A stretch of 64,000 nucleotides of DNA. It comes from a bacterium (GTDB lineage Bacteria > Patescibacteriota > Microgenomatia > Woykebacterales > RBG-16-39-9b). Every line of letters begins with the position of its first letter. The first letter of the stretch is position 1. Both the position numbers and the translations under genes were made by a program. Shown piece after piece: positions 25,010 to 36,689 of this stretch. The stretch covers positions 458,460 to 522,459 of the forward strand of contig JAUYID010000009.1 of NCBI GenBank assembly GCA_030704665.1. The letters run 5' to 3'. Below the pieces are notes generated by a model that was not told the origin of the DNA, ran no database searches, and saw nothing but the letters and a program-made list of their open reading frames with translations.

Positions 25010-27505
25010 TTATTTTTCTGCTTTTGTCTCGGGAGTCTCTTGTTTTTCGACTGCTTTCTTCACCAAAGTAACTGCGGCAATATAATCTTCTTTTTTGGAA
25101 AGGCGCATGAGGATTACTCCCTGAGTCTGACGAGTTAGGGTGGGAAGATCTTTGACCGGCAGTTTGATCACTTGCCCAGCCTTGGAAGTGATGATCAGGT
25201 CTTGGCTACCCCCACCCATGATTTTCGCGGCCATGACCGAGCCATTGCGGGTGGCAATTTCCGCTGCTTTGACGCCAGACCCAGCTCTCCCCTGCAAGGG
25301 CCAATCAGAAACTTTACTTTTTTTGCCGAAACCTTTTTCGGTAACGACGAGTAGAAATTCGTTATCCCCGGCTTTGTCAGTAGAAATGACATGGTCTTCC
25401 TTGGAGAGTTTGATACCACGTACTCCGGCAGTGGGTCGGCCCATGGGCCGGACGTCCTTTTCATTGAAACGGATTGACATACCTTTTTTGGTAACCATGA
25501 GGATGTTGTTCTTCCCACTAGTTACATTGACAAAGGAGAGCTCGTCTCCGCCTCCAAGGTTGATCGCAATCATCCCGTTGCGGCGGATATTGGCAAATTC
25601 AGTCAGGGCAGTCTTTTTGACCACCCCCATTTTTGTGGCCATGAAAAGAAAGCTGCCAGCAACATTTTTTGGTGCTGCCAGTATTGAGGTAATTTGCTCG
25701 CCTTGTTCAATATTGATCAAATTGACCACGGCCTGACCTTTGGCCGCGCGCGAGCCTTCGGGAAGCTCATAAACTTTGATCTGAAAAACTCGACCTTTGT
25801 TCGTAAAAAACATGATGTTGTCATGGGTATTGGCAGTAAAAATGTCGGCAACTGCATCCTCGTCCTTCATAGCGACTCCGGCGACACCTTTGCCTCCTCG
25901 GCCCTGGGTGCGGAAGGTATCTAGTGGGCTGCGCTTGATATAACCCGTTTCGGTGACAGTGACAATGACATCTTCAGCAGGGATGAGATCCTCTTCGGAA
26001 AAATCCCCGACCGCTTGTTTGTAAACTCGAGTTCTCCGCTCATCCCCGTACTTATCTTTAATTTCCTTCAGCTCAGTTTCAATGACCCCCAAAATTTTCT
26101 TTGGTGAAGCAAGCAGCTCCTCCAGCTCTTTGATCAATTTTTGAATAGCTGTGTACTCGTCTTCGATTTTCTTTCTCTCGAGAGCTGCCAGACGGCGCAG
26201 CTGCATGTCGAGAATTGCCTGAGCTTGCAGTTCTGAGAGTTTGAAAAGCTCCATCAAATTGGTCTTGGCCTTATCAGCATCTGGGGACTCTCTGATGGTC
26301 TTGATGACAGCATCGAGATGATCAAGGGCAATTTTCAATCCTTCGAGGATATGAGCGCGAGCCTTGGCAGCATCAAGATCAAACTGAGTGCGGCGAGTAA
26401 CGATATTTTGGCGATGCCGAATGTATTCTGTCAAAATTTGCTTCAAAGTCAAAACCTGAGGAGTACCGTCAACTAAAGCCACAGTGTTGACGTTAAAAGC
26501 AAGCTGCATACTAGTATATTTATAAAGTTGGTTGAGGATATATTGTGGCCGGCCGTCTCTCTTCAGTTCAACCACCATGCGCATTCCGTCTCGATCCGAC
26601 TCGTCGCGGAGATCAGAGATTCCTTCAAGTTTTTTGTCCTTAACTAGGTCCGCGATTCTAGCAATAAGCAAAGCTTTGTTGACCTGGTAAGGTAGTTCAG
26701 AAACGATAATATTGAAGCGTCCGCCTTTTTCTTCCTCGATTTCCGCTTTAGCCCGCATGACAATTTTGCCTTTACCGGTGGCGTAGGCTGCCATGATCTC
26801 ATTAATATCAAAAATTGCCCCACCAGTAGGAAAGTCGGGTCCTTTGATAAATTTCATCAGATCTTCAACGTTTGCCTGCGGGTTGTTGATTAAATGAGTG
26901 ATCGCGTCACAAACCTCGTTGAGGTTGTGCGGCGGAATGTTGGTTGCCATTCCCACGGCAATTCCTGAGCTACCCATCAGCAAAAGGTTTGGTAGTTTAG
27001 CTGGCAGGCGGACTGGTTCTTTTCTAGTACCATCAAAGTTTTCCACCCAGTCAACCGTGTTTTTTTCAATGTCTTCAAGCAACTCATCGGCAATAGCAGC
27101 CAGGCGGGCTTCGGTGTAGCGCATGGCGGCCGGTGGGTCGCCGTCGACACTACCGAAATTTCCTTGACCATCGACTAGCGGGTAGCGCATCGCGAAATCT
27201 TGAGCGAGACGAACCATGGCATCATAAACCGCTGTATCCCCGTGAGGATGATACTTACCCAAAACTTCTCCTACTACAGTGGCACTCTTGCGATACTTGG
27301 CTGGGTAATTCAGGCCCAGTTCCTTCATAGCATAAAGAATGCGTCGATGGACTGGTTTGAGACCGTCTCGAACATCCGGAAGAGCTCGGGCGACAATGAC
27401 ACTCATCGCGTAGTCAAGGTAAGAACGCTGCATTTCGTCAACGATCTCAACAGTTTGCAACTCGCCGATATCAAATTTTTCTATTTCGAGTTCTTCGTCA
27501 GCCAT
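25010..27505 (-). CDS. gyrA: DNA gyrase subunit A
   Basis: [10 protein letters not shown] active-site tyrosine region. C-terminal beta-pinwheel repeats. Confidence 0.95.
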   Translation of the reverse strand: MADEELEIEKFDIGELQTVEIVDEMQRSYLDYAMSVIVARALPDVRDGLKPVHRRILYAMKELGLNYPAKYRKSATVVGEVLGKYHPHGDTAVYDAMVRLAQDFAMRYPLVDGQGNFGSVDGDPPAAMRYTEARLAAIADELLEDIEKNTVDWVENFDGTRKEPVRLPAKLPNLLLMGSSGIAVGMATNIPPHNLNEVCDAITHLINNPQANVEDLMKFIKGPDFPTGGAIFDINEIMAAYATGKGKIVMRAKAEIEEEKGGRFNIIVSELPYQVNKALLIARIADLVKDKKLEGISDLRDESDRDGMRMVVELKRDGRPQYILNQLYKYTSMQLAFNVNTVALVDGTPQVLTLKQILTEYIRHRQNIVTRRTQFDLDAAKARAHILEGLKIALDHLDAVIKTIRESPDADKAKTNLMELFKLSELQAQAILDMQLRRLAALERKKIEDEYTAIQKLIKELEELLASPKKILGVIETELKEIKDKYGDERRTRVYKQAVGDFSEEDLIPAEDVIVTVTETGYIKRSPLDTFRTQGRGGKGVAGVAMKDEDAVADIFTANTHDNIMFFTNKGRVFQIKVYELPEGSRAAKGQAVVNLINIEQGEQITSILAAPKNVAGSFLFMATKMGVVKKTALTEFANIRRNGMIAINLGGGDELSFVNVTSGKNNILMVTKKGMSIRFNEKDVRPMGRPTAGVRGIKLSKEDHVISTDKAGDNEFLLVVTEKGFGKKSKVSDWPLQGRAGSGVKAAEIATRNGSVMAAKIMGGGSQDLIITSKAGQVIKLPVKDLPTLTRQTQGVILMRLSKKEDYIAAVTLVKKAVEKQETPETKAEK

Positions 27506-27507
27506 AA

Positions 27508-29445
27508 TTAAATATCAAGGGTGGCAAATTTTGCCCGACTTTGAATAAACTTCTTCCTTGGGGGTACTTCATCACCCATGAGCATGTTAAAAACCTCATC
27601 AGCGGTTGCAGCATCTTCAATATTCACTTTTTTTAGCAAGCGGTGGTTGGGATTCATCGTAGTTTCCCAAAGCTGTTCTGCGTTCATCTCACCGAGACCC
27701 TTGTAGCGTTGAATACTGACCGCTCGAGACTCTTTTTTATGCTCGGAAACGAGTTTGTCTTTTTCCCCATCGTTGTAAGCGTAAAAGTCCTCTTTCCCAA
27801 AAGTGAGTTTGTACAAAGGCGGACAGGCAATATAAAGGTAACCTTTTTCAATCACTTGGGGCATGTAGCGGAAAAAGAAAGTAAAGAGCAGTGTTCGTAT
27901 GTGTTCCCCATCGACATCGGCATCGGTCATCAGAATGACCCGGTGGTAACGTACTTTCTCGATATTGAAGGTATCCCCAATTCCAGCGCCAAGAGCAATG
28001 ATAAGATCCTTGATTTCTTCAAACTGGATGACTCGGTCCAGGCGCGCCCGTTCCGTGTTAAGAATTTTTCCGCCCAAGGGTAAAATCGCCTGAAATTTAC
28101 GATCACGACCCTGTTTGGCAGTTCCGGCGGCTGAATCTCCTTCAACGATATAGAGTTCTGATTCGGAAGGTTCGCGGCTCTGACAGTCAGCCAGTTTTCC
28201 TGGCAAGGTCATCCCTTCAAGAGCCCCTTTTCTGATGACTGCATCCTTAGCTGCCTTGGCGGCTAGTCTTGCTTTGGCAGCCAGAACAATTTTTTCCATG
28301 ATCCGGCGCGCTTCACTTGGGTTTTCCTCAAAAAAGATTTCGAGTTTTTCTCTGACCGCAGAGTTCACAATTGGCTGGATCTCGGCATTGCCCAATTTGG
28401 ATTTGGTTTGCCCTTCAAACTCAATCTTATCCGAGTTCATTTTGATAGTAACTACCGCAGTCAGTCCTTCACGAACGTCCTCACCAGTCAAACCTTCCTC
28501 GTTTTCCTTTACTGCTCCAATTTTGCGCGCATAATCATTGATTGCCCTGGTCAAAGCCATGCGAAACCCAGTCAGGTGGGTTCCCCCCTCAATGGTGTTG
28601 ATGACATTGGCGAAAGACTCAACTGTTTCGGTGAAAGAGTCGCTGTACTGAATGGCGACATCGACAAAAACTTCGCTGACCTCCTTTTTGATAGTGATCG
28701 GCTGGTGCAGAGGGACTTTGTTTTTGTTCAAATGGGCAACTAGAGAAGTGATTCCCCCTTCAAAATAAAAGTTCTTGGCTGTCTCAGTACGAGCATCAAA
28801 AAGAGAAAAGGCTAGTCCGGCAACCAAATAGGCCCTTTCGCGAATTTGCTTTTCTAAAATGTGAAAATCAAGTTCGAGGGTCGAAAAAATTTCCTTGTCC
28901 GCTAGAAAAGTTGAGGCGGTTCCGGTGTTGAGATTGTCCCAAACCTCCTTGGTTTTCCCTATAAATTTTGTCGTAGAGATGACTTCGACTGGTTTGAGCG
29001 CCCCACCTCTGCGGTAGTCCTGGTGAAAGATTTTTCCATCTCGACGCACTTCGACCTCCATTTCGGCTGACAGAGCGTTGACGACGCTAGCTCCAACTCC
29101 GTGCAGTCCTCCGGAAACTTTATAACCCTCTCCACCAAATTTACCCCCGGCATGCAAATAAGTCATAGCTACTTCCAGAGCGCTTTTTTTGGCAGTCGGG
29201 TGCATCTCAGTTGGGATACCACGGCCGTTGTCGATCACAGTTACTCGGCTGTCGTCATGAAGAAAAACCCAGATTTTGCTGGCGTGACCGGCCAAAGCTT
29301 CATCGACAGAGTTGTCAACGATCTCAGTAACGAGATGATGCAAACCTCTTTGGTCGGTTGAACCAATATACATACCCGGTCGTTTTCTGACCGGTTCGAG
29401 ACCCTCGAGAACCTGAATATCTTTTGCGGAATATTTGCTCGCCAT
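27508..29445 (-). CDS. gyrB: DNA gyrase subunit B
   Basis: GHKL ATPase, Toprim motif EGDSAGG, PLKGKILN. Confidence 0.95.
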   Translation of the reverse strand: MASKYSAKDIQVLEGLEPVRKRPGMYIGSTDQRGLHHLVTEIVDNSVDEALAGHASKIWVFLHDDSRVTVIDNGRGIPTEMHPTAKKSALEVAMTYLHAGGKFGGEGYKVSGGLHGVGASVVNALSAEMEVEVRRDGKIFHQDYRRGGALKPVEVISTTKFIGKTKEVWDNLNTGTASTFLADKEIFSTLELDFHILEKQIRERAYLVAGLAFSLFDARTETAKNFYFEGGITSLVAHLNKNKVPLHQPITIKKEVSEVFVDVAIQYSDSFTETVESFANVINTIEGGTHLTGFRMALTRAINDYARKIGAVKENEEGLTGEDVREGLTAVVTIKMNSDKIEFEGQTKSKLGNAEIQPIVNSAVREKLEIFFEENPSEARRIMEKIVLAAKARLAAKAAKDAVIRKGALEGMTLPGKLADCQSREPSESELYIVEGDSAAGTAKQGRDRKFQAILPLGGKILNTERARLDRVIQFEEIKDLIIALGAGIGDTFNIEKVRYHRVILMTDADVDGEHIRTLLFTFFFRYMPQVIEKGYLYIACPPLYKLTFGKEDFYAYNDGEKDKLVSEHKKESRAVSIQRYKGLGEMNAEQLWETTMNPNHRLLKKVNIEDAATADEVFNMLMGDEVPPRKKFIQSRAKFATLDI

Positions 29446-29614
29446 AAATAAAAAAGAATTACGAATTTAGAATGCAGAATTCAGAAAGGGAAAAGGGAAA
29501 GAACAATCCTGAACTCTGAACTCTTAATTATTAATCCAGCCTTACCATTCTAGCAAACAAGGTAGGGATAATGCAAGGAAATTTGAATTCAGGCGGAAGT
29601 TTATGCTTGTCCTC

Positions 29615-30250
29615 TCAGTCTAAATTTGGTACGTCCAAGATGAGGTTGATTTTAGCCAGTTTTGGACTTGCTCTTTTGAGCAAAAACTCCTTGGTTTTCT
29701 GAATTTTCCTTAAATACTGAATGATTTGGGGCAGGCTTTTTCTTCCAAGATTGGAAAGAAGAACTTCTCTCCAGAGACTTTCCCACTCTTCTAGATCTAG
29801 GTTTTCAGCAAAGTCGATTTTTGAAGCCAAAGTCCTCCTTCCGAACTGCAAAAGCCCTTGCAACCTTTCCTCTGCGATTTCTATTTTTGGTAATCCCAGA
29901 TCAAGTTTTTGGCAGCGTGAACTTAAGGTAGCCAGGACGGAAAATTCACTTGGGGCAGTGAGAATGACTTGGCTAGTTGAAGACGGTTCCTCTAGGGTTT
30001 TGAGAAAAAGATTTTGAGCTTCATGGCTCAAATTTTGAGCCTCAAGAACAACTGCGCTGGTTAGCTTACTGTTGAAAGGTTTTTTGGCAAGTTTGCCGAG
30101 AAGGTCACGTACTTTTTCGATGCCTGGGTCTTCCTCTGTGTCGAGAATTAAAGTGTCAAACTGGCTTGAGTTCTCGCCGGCCTTTTTGGCAGCTGACTCA
30201 ACCCTTTTGTCTTGAGTTGCGCCCGAGATAAGCAAAGAGTGTTGTTGCAT
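29615..30250 (-). CDS. DNA polymerase III delta'-like subunit (short, degenerate clamp-loader AAA+ fold)
   Basis: Weak similarity pattern: LLISGATQDK...LFLKTLEEP (resembling the KTLEEP box). Confidence 0.45.
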   Translation of the reverse strand: MQQHSLLISGATQDKRVESAAKKAGENSSQFDTLILDTEEDPGIEKVRDLLGKLAKKPFNSKLTSAVVLEAQNLSHEAQNLFLKTLEEPSSTSQVILTAPSEFSVLATLSSRCQKLDLGLPKIEIAEERLQGLLQFGRRTLASKIDFAENLDLEEWESLWREVLLSNLGRKSLPQIIQYLRKIQKTKEFLLKRASPKLAKINLILDVPNLD

Positions 30251-30287
30251 CAGCTCTACATTATAACTATCAAAGGGCAGATATCAA

Positions 30288-30315
30288 TTGACATTGCTGC
30301 GGATAAGACTATAAA
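30288..30315 (+). promoter_or_regulatory. Sigma70-type promoter TTGACA-16-TATAAA upstream of pilB
   Basis: Consensus -35. Confidence 0.5.
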
Positions 30316-30338
30316 ATGAATTAACGCCTGCTACTACT

Positions 30339-32168
30339 TTGTTAGAGAAGTTTTCTGCCCCTTTCTCAAGGGCAATTCCAAGCAGGTTCGCCTTTGAAAT
30401 GGAACAAACTGACGAAAAAGGTATAGAAGACATTTTGGCCTCAAAAGGAAAGCTAACTGCCGATAAACTTTCGCTAGTGAAACTTGAGGCGATTAACACC
30501 GGCAAGCCGGTTGAAGATGTCATTTTGGAACACAAATTTGCTACTAGCGATGACATTATTGCGGCTCGTGGTGAGCTGCTTGATATCCCCTTTGTTGACC
30601 CAAACAAAAAACCAATTTCTGCTGAAGTCCTCAGTCTCCTTCCAGAACCAGTTGCTCGGCGCTACACTTTGATTCCGATAGATTTTGATAAAACCACCAA
30701 CCAACTTTCTGTTGCAATGGCTGACCCGCTTGATTTGCAGGTAACTGAGTTTGTCGAGAGGAAAAGCGGCACAATTGTTAAGCCGTTTATTTCGACCAAA
30801 GAATTGATCAATCAGGCAATAGCTGATCAATACTCCCAGAATTTGACCACAGAAGTGACGGCTGCTCTCGAAGAGCAAGGTACGGTTCAAGCCAAAGAAG
30901 AGCTTAAGGATTTGAGTAAGGTTGAAGAGGTGATCAAGGAAGCTCCGGTGGCAAAAATCGTCTCCACCCTTCTTGAGTACGCTATGAAAGGTGGGGCTAG
31001 TGATATCCACATTGAGCCACTGGAAGACAAGACGCGTGTCCGCTACCGAATTGACGGGGTTTTGCTGGAAAGACTGGTCTTGCCCCGGAAAGTTCATGAA
31101 GCTTTGGTGAGCCGAGTCAAGATCCTTTCGGCTTTGAAAATTGATGAAAAAAGAATCCCCCAGGATGGTCGTTTCACTTTTAGGCTTGGTGAGCAGTCAG
31201 TTGACTTACGTATTTCCACTTTGCCGACAGTTCACGGAGAAAAAATTGTCATGCGACTTTTGCCCAAAGCCGCTTCTGCCCCAACTCTACAGGACTTAGG
31301 TTTGCGGGGTACAGCTCTTAAAGTTTTTGAGGATAATATTCAAAGGCCACACGGAATTATTCTGATCACCGGACCAACTGGTTCGGGAAAGACAACCACT
31401 TTGTTCTCGGCCTTATCAAAAATAAATTCCCCCAAAGTTAATATTGTGACGCTGGAAGATCCAGTTGAATACCAGATTCCTGGGGTAAACCAAGTTCAAA
31501 TTAACCCCGTGGCCGGATTAACCTTTGCCTCTGGTTTGCGCAGTTTTCTGCGCCAGGATCCAAATATAATCATGGTTGGTGAGATCAGAGATGCTGAAAC
31601 TGCTGAGCTGGCGATTCAAGCGGCTCTGACGGGACACTTGGTTTTCTCGACTTTGCATACAAACTCTTCGGCTGGAGCTCTACCGCGACTTTTGGAAATG
31701 GGTAGTGAAACCTTTTTGCTGGCTTCCTCGATGAGTGCAGTTGTGGCTCAGCGGGTTTGTAGGAAAATTTGTGTTGCTTGTAAGGAAAGCTATGACCCCC
31801 CGACTCCAATCAAGGACGATCTCAAAAAAGTTTTGGGAAATTTGGTGGATGGTGTGGCTGCGGGTAAGCTTTCTCAGGAAGAAGAGGCGGACGTGGAAGA
31901 AGTTCAAGGTAAAAAGAAGCTTGTGCTCTACCGTGGCAAAGGGTGTGACAAATGTGGGGATTCAGGCTACAAAGGTCGGGTCGGAATTTTTGAGGTTTTG
32001 CCTGTGACTGATCAAATTGGGAAATTGATTTTGGAGCGCTCCCCTTCGACAAAAATTGAGGAAATGGCTGTTGATCAAGGAATGGTGACGATGAAACAGG
32101 ACGGTTATCTCAAATCAATTGAGGGTTTGACTACGATTGAGGAAGTCTTGAGGGTCGCTCAAGAATGA
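30339..32168 (+). CDS. pilB: Type IV pilus assembly ATPase PilB (GspE family) with duplicated N-terminal GSPII_E_N domains and a tetra-Cys zinc site
   Basis: Walker A GPTGSGKTTT. His box. CxxC...CDKCGDSGYKGR. Confidence 0.9.
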   Translation: MLEKFSAPFSRAIPSRFAFEMEQTDEKGIEDILASKGKLTADKLSLVKLEAINTGKPVEDVILEHKFATSDDIIAARGELLDIPFVDPNKKPISAEVLSLLPEPVARRYTLIPIDFDKTTNQLSVAMADPLDLQVTEFVERKSGTIVKPFISTKELINQAIADQYSQNLTTEVTAALEEQGTVQAKEELKDLSKVEEVIKEAPVAKIVSTLLEYAMKGGASDIHIEPLEDKTRVRYRIDGVLLERLVLPRKVHEALVSRVKILSALKIDEKRIPQDGRFTFRLGEQSVDLRISTLPTVHGEKIVMRLLPKAASAPTLQDLGLRGTALKVFEDNIQRPHGIILITGPTGSGKTTTLFSALSKINSPKVNIVTLEDPVEYQIPGVNQVQINPVAGLTFASGLRSFLRQDPNIIMVGEIRDAETAELAIQAALTGHLVFSTLHTNSSAGALPRLLEMGSETFLLASSMSAVVAQRVCRKICVACKESYDPPTPIKDDLKKVLGNLVDGVAAGKLSQEEEADVEEVQGKKKLVLYRGKGCDKCGDSGYKGRVGIFEVLPVTDQIGKLILERSPSTKIEEMAVDQGMVTMKQDGYLKSIEGLTTIEEVLRVAQE

Positions 32169-32265
32169 TTTTAGTTTGCGACAAGGAGTTAATTATATGC
32201 TGCTAGAGCACCATATAATTTCAAAACAAGTAAATTTATAATTAGAAAGAAGGAATTTTGAAATT

Positions 32266-33333
32266 ATGGAAATTCAAGAATTATTAGAAGAAGCACTACG
32301 TCGCGGGGCCTCAGATGTCCACCTGATGGTGGGTGCCTACCCAACTTTGCGAATTGATGGGGCTTTGGTACCAGTCACCAAGGGACCGAACCCAACACCA
32401 GAGGTGGTTGAAAAACTGGTCCTTTCTTTGACTTCGCCAGAGCAGAAGGAGCTGCTTTTAACCAATAAAGAAATTGATTTTTCTTTTGCTCTAGGAGAAA
32501 TCGCCCGTTTTCGTGTCAACGCTTTTTATCAAAAAGGCTACTTGTCAGCCGCTCTGCGTTTGATTCCCTCCAAAATTCCGAGCCTTTCGGAACTGCACCT
32601 GCCGAAAGTTTTGGGGAATTTTTCAAAATTGCGCCAGGGTTTTATTTTGATGACTGGTCCGACAGGACACGGAAAATCGACTTCGATCGCCTCGATTATC
32701 AATGAAATCAATGAAAACCGCTCTGCCCATATCGTGACGATTGAGGATCCGATTGAGTACGTTTACCCGTCTAGGAAATCCCTGATCGCCCAGAGGGAAA
32801 TGCATTTGGATACACACAGTTGGGAAATTGCACTCCGCTCTGTTTTACGTGAGGATCCTGATGTAGTTTTGATCGGAGAAATGCGAGACTACGAAACAAT
32901 TGAGGCGGCGCTAACTATTGCTGAAACTGGACACCTAGTTTTTGCCACCTTGCACACCAACTCAGCCGCTCAAAGTATTGATCGTATCGTTGGGGTCTTT
33001 CCGGAAAATCAACAAGAACAGGTCCGCCAACAACTTTCTCAAGTCTTGGAGGCGATTGTTTCAATGAGGCTGATACCAGGTGCAAGCAGTGGCCGTTGGC
33101 CGGCGGTAGAGATTTTGCTTGCCAACTCCGCGGTCCGCAACGTCATCCGAGAAGGAAAGTCGCATTTGATCGACAATATCATCCAGACCTCAACTGGAAT
33201 TGGGATGGTGATGATGGATAGTTCTTTGGCTGATCTAGTCCGCTCCAACAAGATTACTTTGGAAGTAGCCCAAAGCTTTAGTTTGCGACCCGAAGAGTTG
33301 ATGAGGGAGCTAAAAAAAGTGACGAAAGAATGA
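32266..33333 (+). CDS. pilT: Twitching-motility retraction ATPase PilT
   Basis: Walker A GPTGHGKST. AIRNLIRE-like motif. Confidence 0.9.
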   Translation: MEIQELLEEALRRGASDVHLMVGAYPTLRIDGALVPVTKGPNPTPEVVEKLVLSLTSPEQKELLLTNKEIDFSFALGEIARFRVNAFYQKGYLSAALRLIPSKIPSLSELHLPKVLGNFSKLRQGFILMTGPTGHGKSTSIASIINEINENRSAHIVTIEDPIEYVYPSRKSLIAQREMHLDTHSWEIALRSVLREDPDVVLIGEMRDYETIEAALTIAETGHLVFATLHTNSAAQSIDRIVGVFPENQQEQVRQQLSQVLEAIVSMRLIPGASSGRWPAVEILLANSAVRNVIREGKSHLIDNIIQTSTGIGMVMMDSSLADLVRSNKITLEVAQSFSLRPEELMRELKKVTKE

Positions 33334-33341
33334 AAATCTAA

Positions 33342-34538
33342 ATGGAACAATATACGTACTTAGTTAAAGACGACAAAGGCCTAACCAAACAAGGCATTAT
33401 TGAGGCAGCTGATCCTCGGGCTGCTAGTGCGATTCTCCATGAACGTGGTTTTGTCGTCATCAGCATCGAGGAAAAAAGCAAAGCCCTCGCTTTTAGCTTC
33501 TTCAAAGGGGTTAGTCTTTCCGTGCAGGCCAACTTTACTCGTCAACTGGCGACAATGATCACTTCGGGACTGCCTTTGAGTGATTCTTTAGTGGTACTGA
33601 AAAAACAAACTGAAAATCAAAAAATGCTAGAAATTATCACCAATATTGCCGATGATATCCAGGCTGGTAGTACTTTTTCTGCTGCTCTGGCCAAACATGC
33701 CGACGTTTTCTCAGCCGCCTACATAAATATTGTCAAAGCTGGTGAAGCCTCAGGTACTCTGGACAAAGTTTTGCAGGACCTTGCCGACAATCTTGAGAAA
33801 GAAAGAGAGTTTCAGGGTAAAGTAAAAGGAGCCTTTGTTTATCCAGTGATTATTTTGATCGCTATGGCTCTGGTGACGGGCATAATTATGATTTTTGTGG
33901 TGCCAAAGCTGACCGATCTTTATGTTGGTTTGAATATTTCTCTTCCTCTACCGACTTTAATTTTGATTGGACTGAGCAAATTTTTGGCTACCTTTTGGTG
34001 GCTTTTGATTCTGGTTATTGTTGGTTTGGTGATTGCCTACCGGCGTTATCGCAGAACTCCTCAGGGAGCTCTAGTCATCGACCGGATTTTGATGCGTCTG
34101 CCGGTAATGGGTAAGCTGAACCGAGAAACCTCGTTGACCGAGCTGACACGGACTTTGGGTGCACTAGTAGCCGCCGGAGTGCCGATTTTGGAGGCCCTAA
34201 AAATTTCTGGTGAAGTGGCTACCAACGCGATTCACCGCCAAGCCGTTAAGCGCTCGGCGACTTTGGTTGAAAAAGGAGCTGCTCTTTCCAAAGCGATGGC
34301 CCAAGAACCCGAATTTCCGGCGATTTTGCCCCAAATGGTGGCTGTGGGTGAAGAAACAGGGAAAATGGATGATGTTCTCGGAAAACTGTCTCACTATTTC
34401 GAAGTTGAAGTTGAACAGCAAGTCAAAAATCTGACCACTGCTCTAGAGCCAATCATTATGGTGGTACTGGGTATCATGGTGGGGTTGCTTGTGATTTCGA
34501 TTATTCTGCCAATTTACTCGATTACCAGTGCCTTTTAA
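33342..34538 (+). CDS. pilC: Type IV pilus platform protein PilC (GspF family)
   Basis: Duplicated T2SSF domains. Three transmembrane segments. Confidence 0.9.
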   Translation: MEQYTYLVKDDKGLTKQGIIEAADPRAASAILHERGFVVISIEEKSKALAFSFFKGVSLSVQANFTRQLATMITSGLPLSDSLVVLKKQTENQKMLEIITNIADDIQAGSTFSAALAKHADVFSAAYINIVKAGEASGTLDKVLQDLADNLEKEREFQGKVKGAFVYPVIILIAMALVTGIIMIFVVPKLTDLYVGLNISLPLPTLILIGLSKFLATFWWLLILVIVGLVIAYRRYRRTPQGALVIDRILMRLPVMGKLNRETSLTELTRTLGALVAAGVPILEALKISGEVATNAIHRQAVKRSATLVEKGAALSKAMAQEPEFPAILPQMVAVGEETGKMDDVLGKLSHYFEVEVEQQVKNLTTALEPIIMVVLGIMVGLLVISIILPIYSITSAF

Positions 34539-35091
34539 AATGGTCCTCCAAAGAGAAAGAGGCTTTTCACTACTGATAATTTTTGTCTTGCTTTTTGTTG
34601 TTGTTCTGCTTGGTTCAGTCGGTATTTATTTGATTAATCCTTTGGAAAAGCTGCGTGAAGACCGTGATCGGAAAAGAATTTCTCAACTCGATGAGTTGCA
34701 AAAGGCAGTCAAACTTTATTTGCGCAATAACCCCTCGGAAGCGAGACTCTGTGACAACTGTAGTCTCGGTCAAACAGTTTTTGCGCACCAGGGGGTCAGA
34801 ATCGGTGCCAGCGAGGCTTTGGTGATAAACTCCCAATCTGTGGGTGGCCCGGGCTGGGTACCAATTGATCTATCTCTGAACGCTGGTATTGGCAGGACTC
34901 CCCTACTTACTCTGCCGATAGATCCGCTCAACAAAGACCCGTTTGTTTATACCTTTACTCCCGGGCAGGATGGTAAGTTTAAAATTACCGCCAGTTTTGA
35001 AAGTAAGGCTTTGCTAGCAAAAATGGCGACTGACGGCGGAACCAGAGTCGATCGTTATGAGATCGGAACCGATTTATCTTTGGTTCCCTAA
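34528..35091 (+). CDS. Pilin-like protein with a non-canonical N-terminus (GFSLLII, no Glu at +5)
   Basis: Class-III-like signal. Pilin helix DELQKAVKLYLRNN. Confidence 0.5.
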   Translation: MPFKMVLQRERGFSLLIIFVLLFVVVLLGSVGIYLINPLEKLREDRDRKRISQLDELQKAVKLYLRNNPSEARLCDNCSLGQTVFAHQGVRIGASEALVINSQSVGGPGWVPIDLSLNAGIGRTPLLTLPIDPLNKDPFVYTFTPGQDGKFKITASFESKALLAKMATDGGTRVDRYEIGTDLSLVP

Positions 35092-35093
35092 AA

Positions 35094-35993
35094 ATGATGA
35101 CTACAGAAATGCTTTTACTACCCTTTCTTTTTGTTTTTGGTGCTTGTATTGGCTCTTTTGTCAACGCTTTCAACTGGCGCTATACCGAAAACAAAAGCTT
35201 GCTTGGCCGTTCGCAGTGCCCCAAATGTGGTCACAAACTTTCTGCCTGGGAGCTAGTTCCTCTTGTTAGTTACTTGCTGCAGAAAGGTCGATGTTTGGCC
35301 TGCAAAAAGAAGATCTCGCCGCGCTACCCTTTGGTCGAGCTAATTTTTGCGCTAAGCTTTGTTTTTGCTGGACTTTGGCTTCTCCCCCGTCTCAACCCAG
35401 ACTTTCTCCTGCCCGTTAATGTCGGCTTTGCCATCTATACTTTCTTCATTGTTTCGGTTTTTCTCGCCCTCGCCGCCTCTGACTTGTCGTGGGGAATTAT
35501 TCCTGACCGGATTGTTTTGCCAGCGATTGCTTTCACTTTTATCTACAAAAGCCTTGATATTGCTTACCGAGCAACGACAACTTACTTTACTCTCAAAAAT
35601 GACACTGGTCTGGGACATTATTTATTGGAGAGTGGTTATTTTGGCAATTTAGTCAAGGACGATCTTTTGGGCTTGGCCGCCGCCCTTCTGCTTGGAGCGG
35701 GCATTGCCGGCTTCTTTTTGTTGTTAATTTTCTTGACCCGCGGTCGAGCCATGGGCCTGGGAGACGTCAAACTTGGTTTTCTGCTCGGCCTTGCTCTTGG
35801 TTTTCCGGCAGCTCTGGTCGGGCTAGCACTAGCTTTCTTGACAGGTGCGCTAGCCTCTGTTATGCTTATTTTAGCTAGCAAAAAGGGCTTGAAAGAGACG
35901 ATTCCTTTTGGTCCATTTTTAGCGCTAGGAGGTCTAGTTGGGCTCTTTTATGGTGACCAGTTGCTAAACCTTTACTTGAGTTTAATGAAATGA
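35094..35993 (+). CDS. pilD: Prepilin peptidase (A24 family) PilD
   Basis: N-terminal CxxC...CxxC zinc motif. Eight transmembrane helices. Catalytic Asp pair region. Confidence 0.85.
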   Translation: MMTTEMLLLPFLFVFGACIGSFVNAFNWRYTENKSLLGRSQCPKCGHKLSAWELVPLVSYLLQKGRCLACKKKISPRYPLVELIFALSFVFAGLWLLPRLNPDFLLPVNVGFAIYTFFIVSVFLALAASDLSWGIIPDRIVLPAIAFTFIYKSLDIAYRATTTYFTLKNDTGLGHYLLESGYFGNLVKDDLLGLAAALLLGAGIAGFFLLLIFLTRGRAMGLGDVKLGFLLGLALGFPAALVGLALAFLTGALASVMLILASKKGLKETIPFGPFLALGGLVGLFYGDQLLNLYLSLMK

Positions 35994-36062
35994 AAATATC
36001 CTGCCCGAATTTTCCCAAGATTTCCCAAATTGAAAAAATTGGATACTTGCTGTTGAAAGGGG

Positions 36063-36608
36063 GTGAGAAACGTAATGATAGATAAACTACGTTCTCATCT
36101 TGAAGGTATGAGGGGTGCAAAGAAAGACAAAGGATTCACCTTGGTCGAGCTTTTGGTCGTCATCGCTATCATCGCAGTTTTGGTTTTGATCGTCATCGTG
36201 GCCATCAATCCAATCCAAAGACTAGCTGACGCGGCTGACAGACGGGCTTCGGCCAACGTTCGTTCGACCGGGACCCTGATTCAGACTTGTATCACTCAAC
36301 GAGCACCAACGACTAGCTCAGCAGTACTTTATTCCGCGACCGCAGGCACCGGATGTGCTGATATCGCTGCTGGAGGAACTCTTTCGACCTACGGTACTCC
36401 TGCTAATGGAGTGACCATTGAAGCTAACGCTGGTACTACAGATATTTGTGTTTCCCAGCAAGGGGCGACTAGTGGTGCGACTCCGCACTGGTACAACTAT
36501 CGAGCCTCAACCAACGGTACTCCGACTGGTGGGGTTTCGACAGCTGCTGGTTCTGTCCAGGAGCAATCCGGAACCATGCCAGGTAGTGTTGCGGGACGCT
36601 GTCCGTAA
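36063..36608 (+). CDS. pilA: Type IV pilin (candidate major pilin)
   Basis: Leader ...KKDKG, then FTLVELLVVIAIIAVL with Glu at +5. Confidence 0.8.
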   Translation: MRNVMIDKLRSHLEGMRGAKKDKGFTLVELLVVIAIIAVLVLIVIVAINPIQRLADAADRRASANVRSTGTLIQTCITQRAPTTSSAVLYSATAGTGCADIAAGGTLSTYGTPANGVTIEANAGTTDICVSQQGATSGATPHWYNYRASTNGTPTGGVSTAAGSVQEQSGTMPGSVAGRCP

Positions 36609-36689
36609 TCTTGACAACTAGTTTGGTTTTGGGTAACACCCAAACTAGTGGCTATAAGCAGGAGAGGTTTGTAGTCAGCAGTTTTCAAA

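Noticed and set aside
25140-25736. 198 aa plus-strand ORF and other ORFs inside the gyrA and gyrB antisense
   Set aside because: Antisense to highly conserved gyrase genes.
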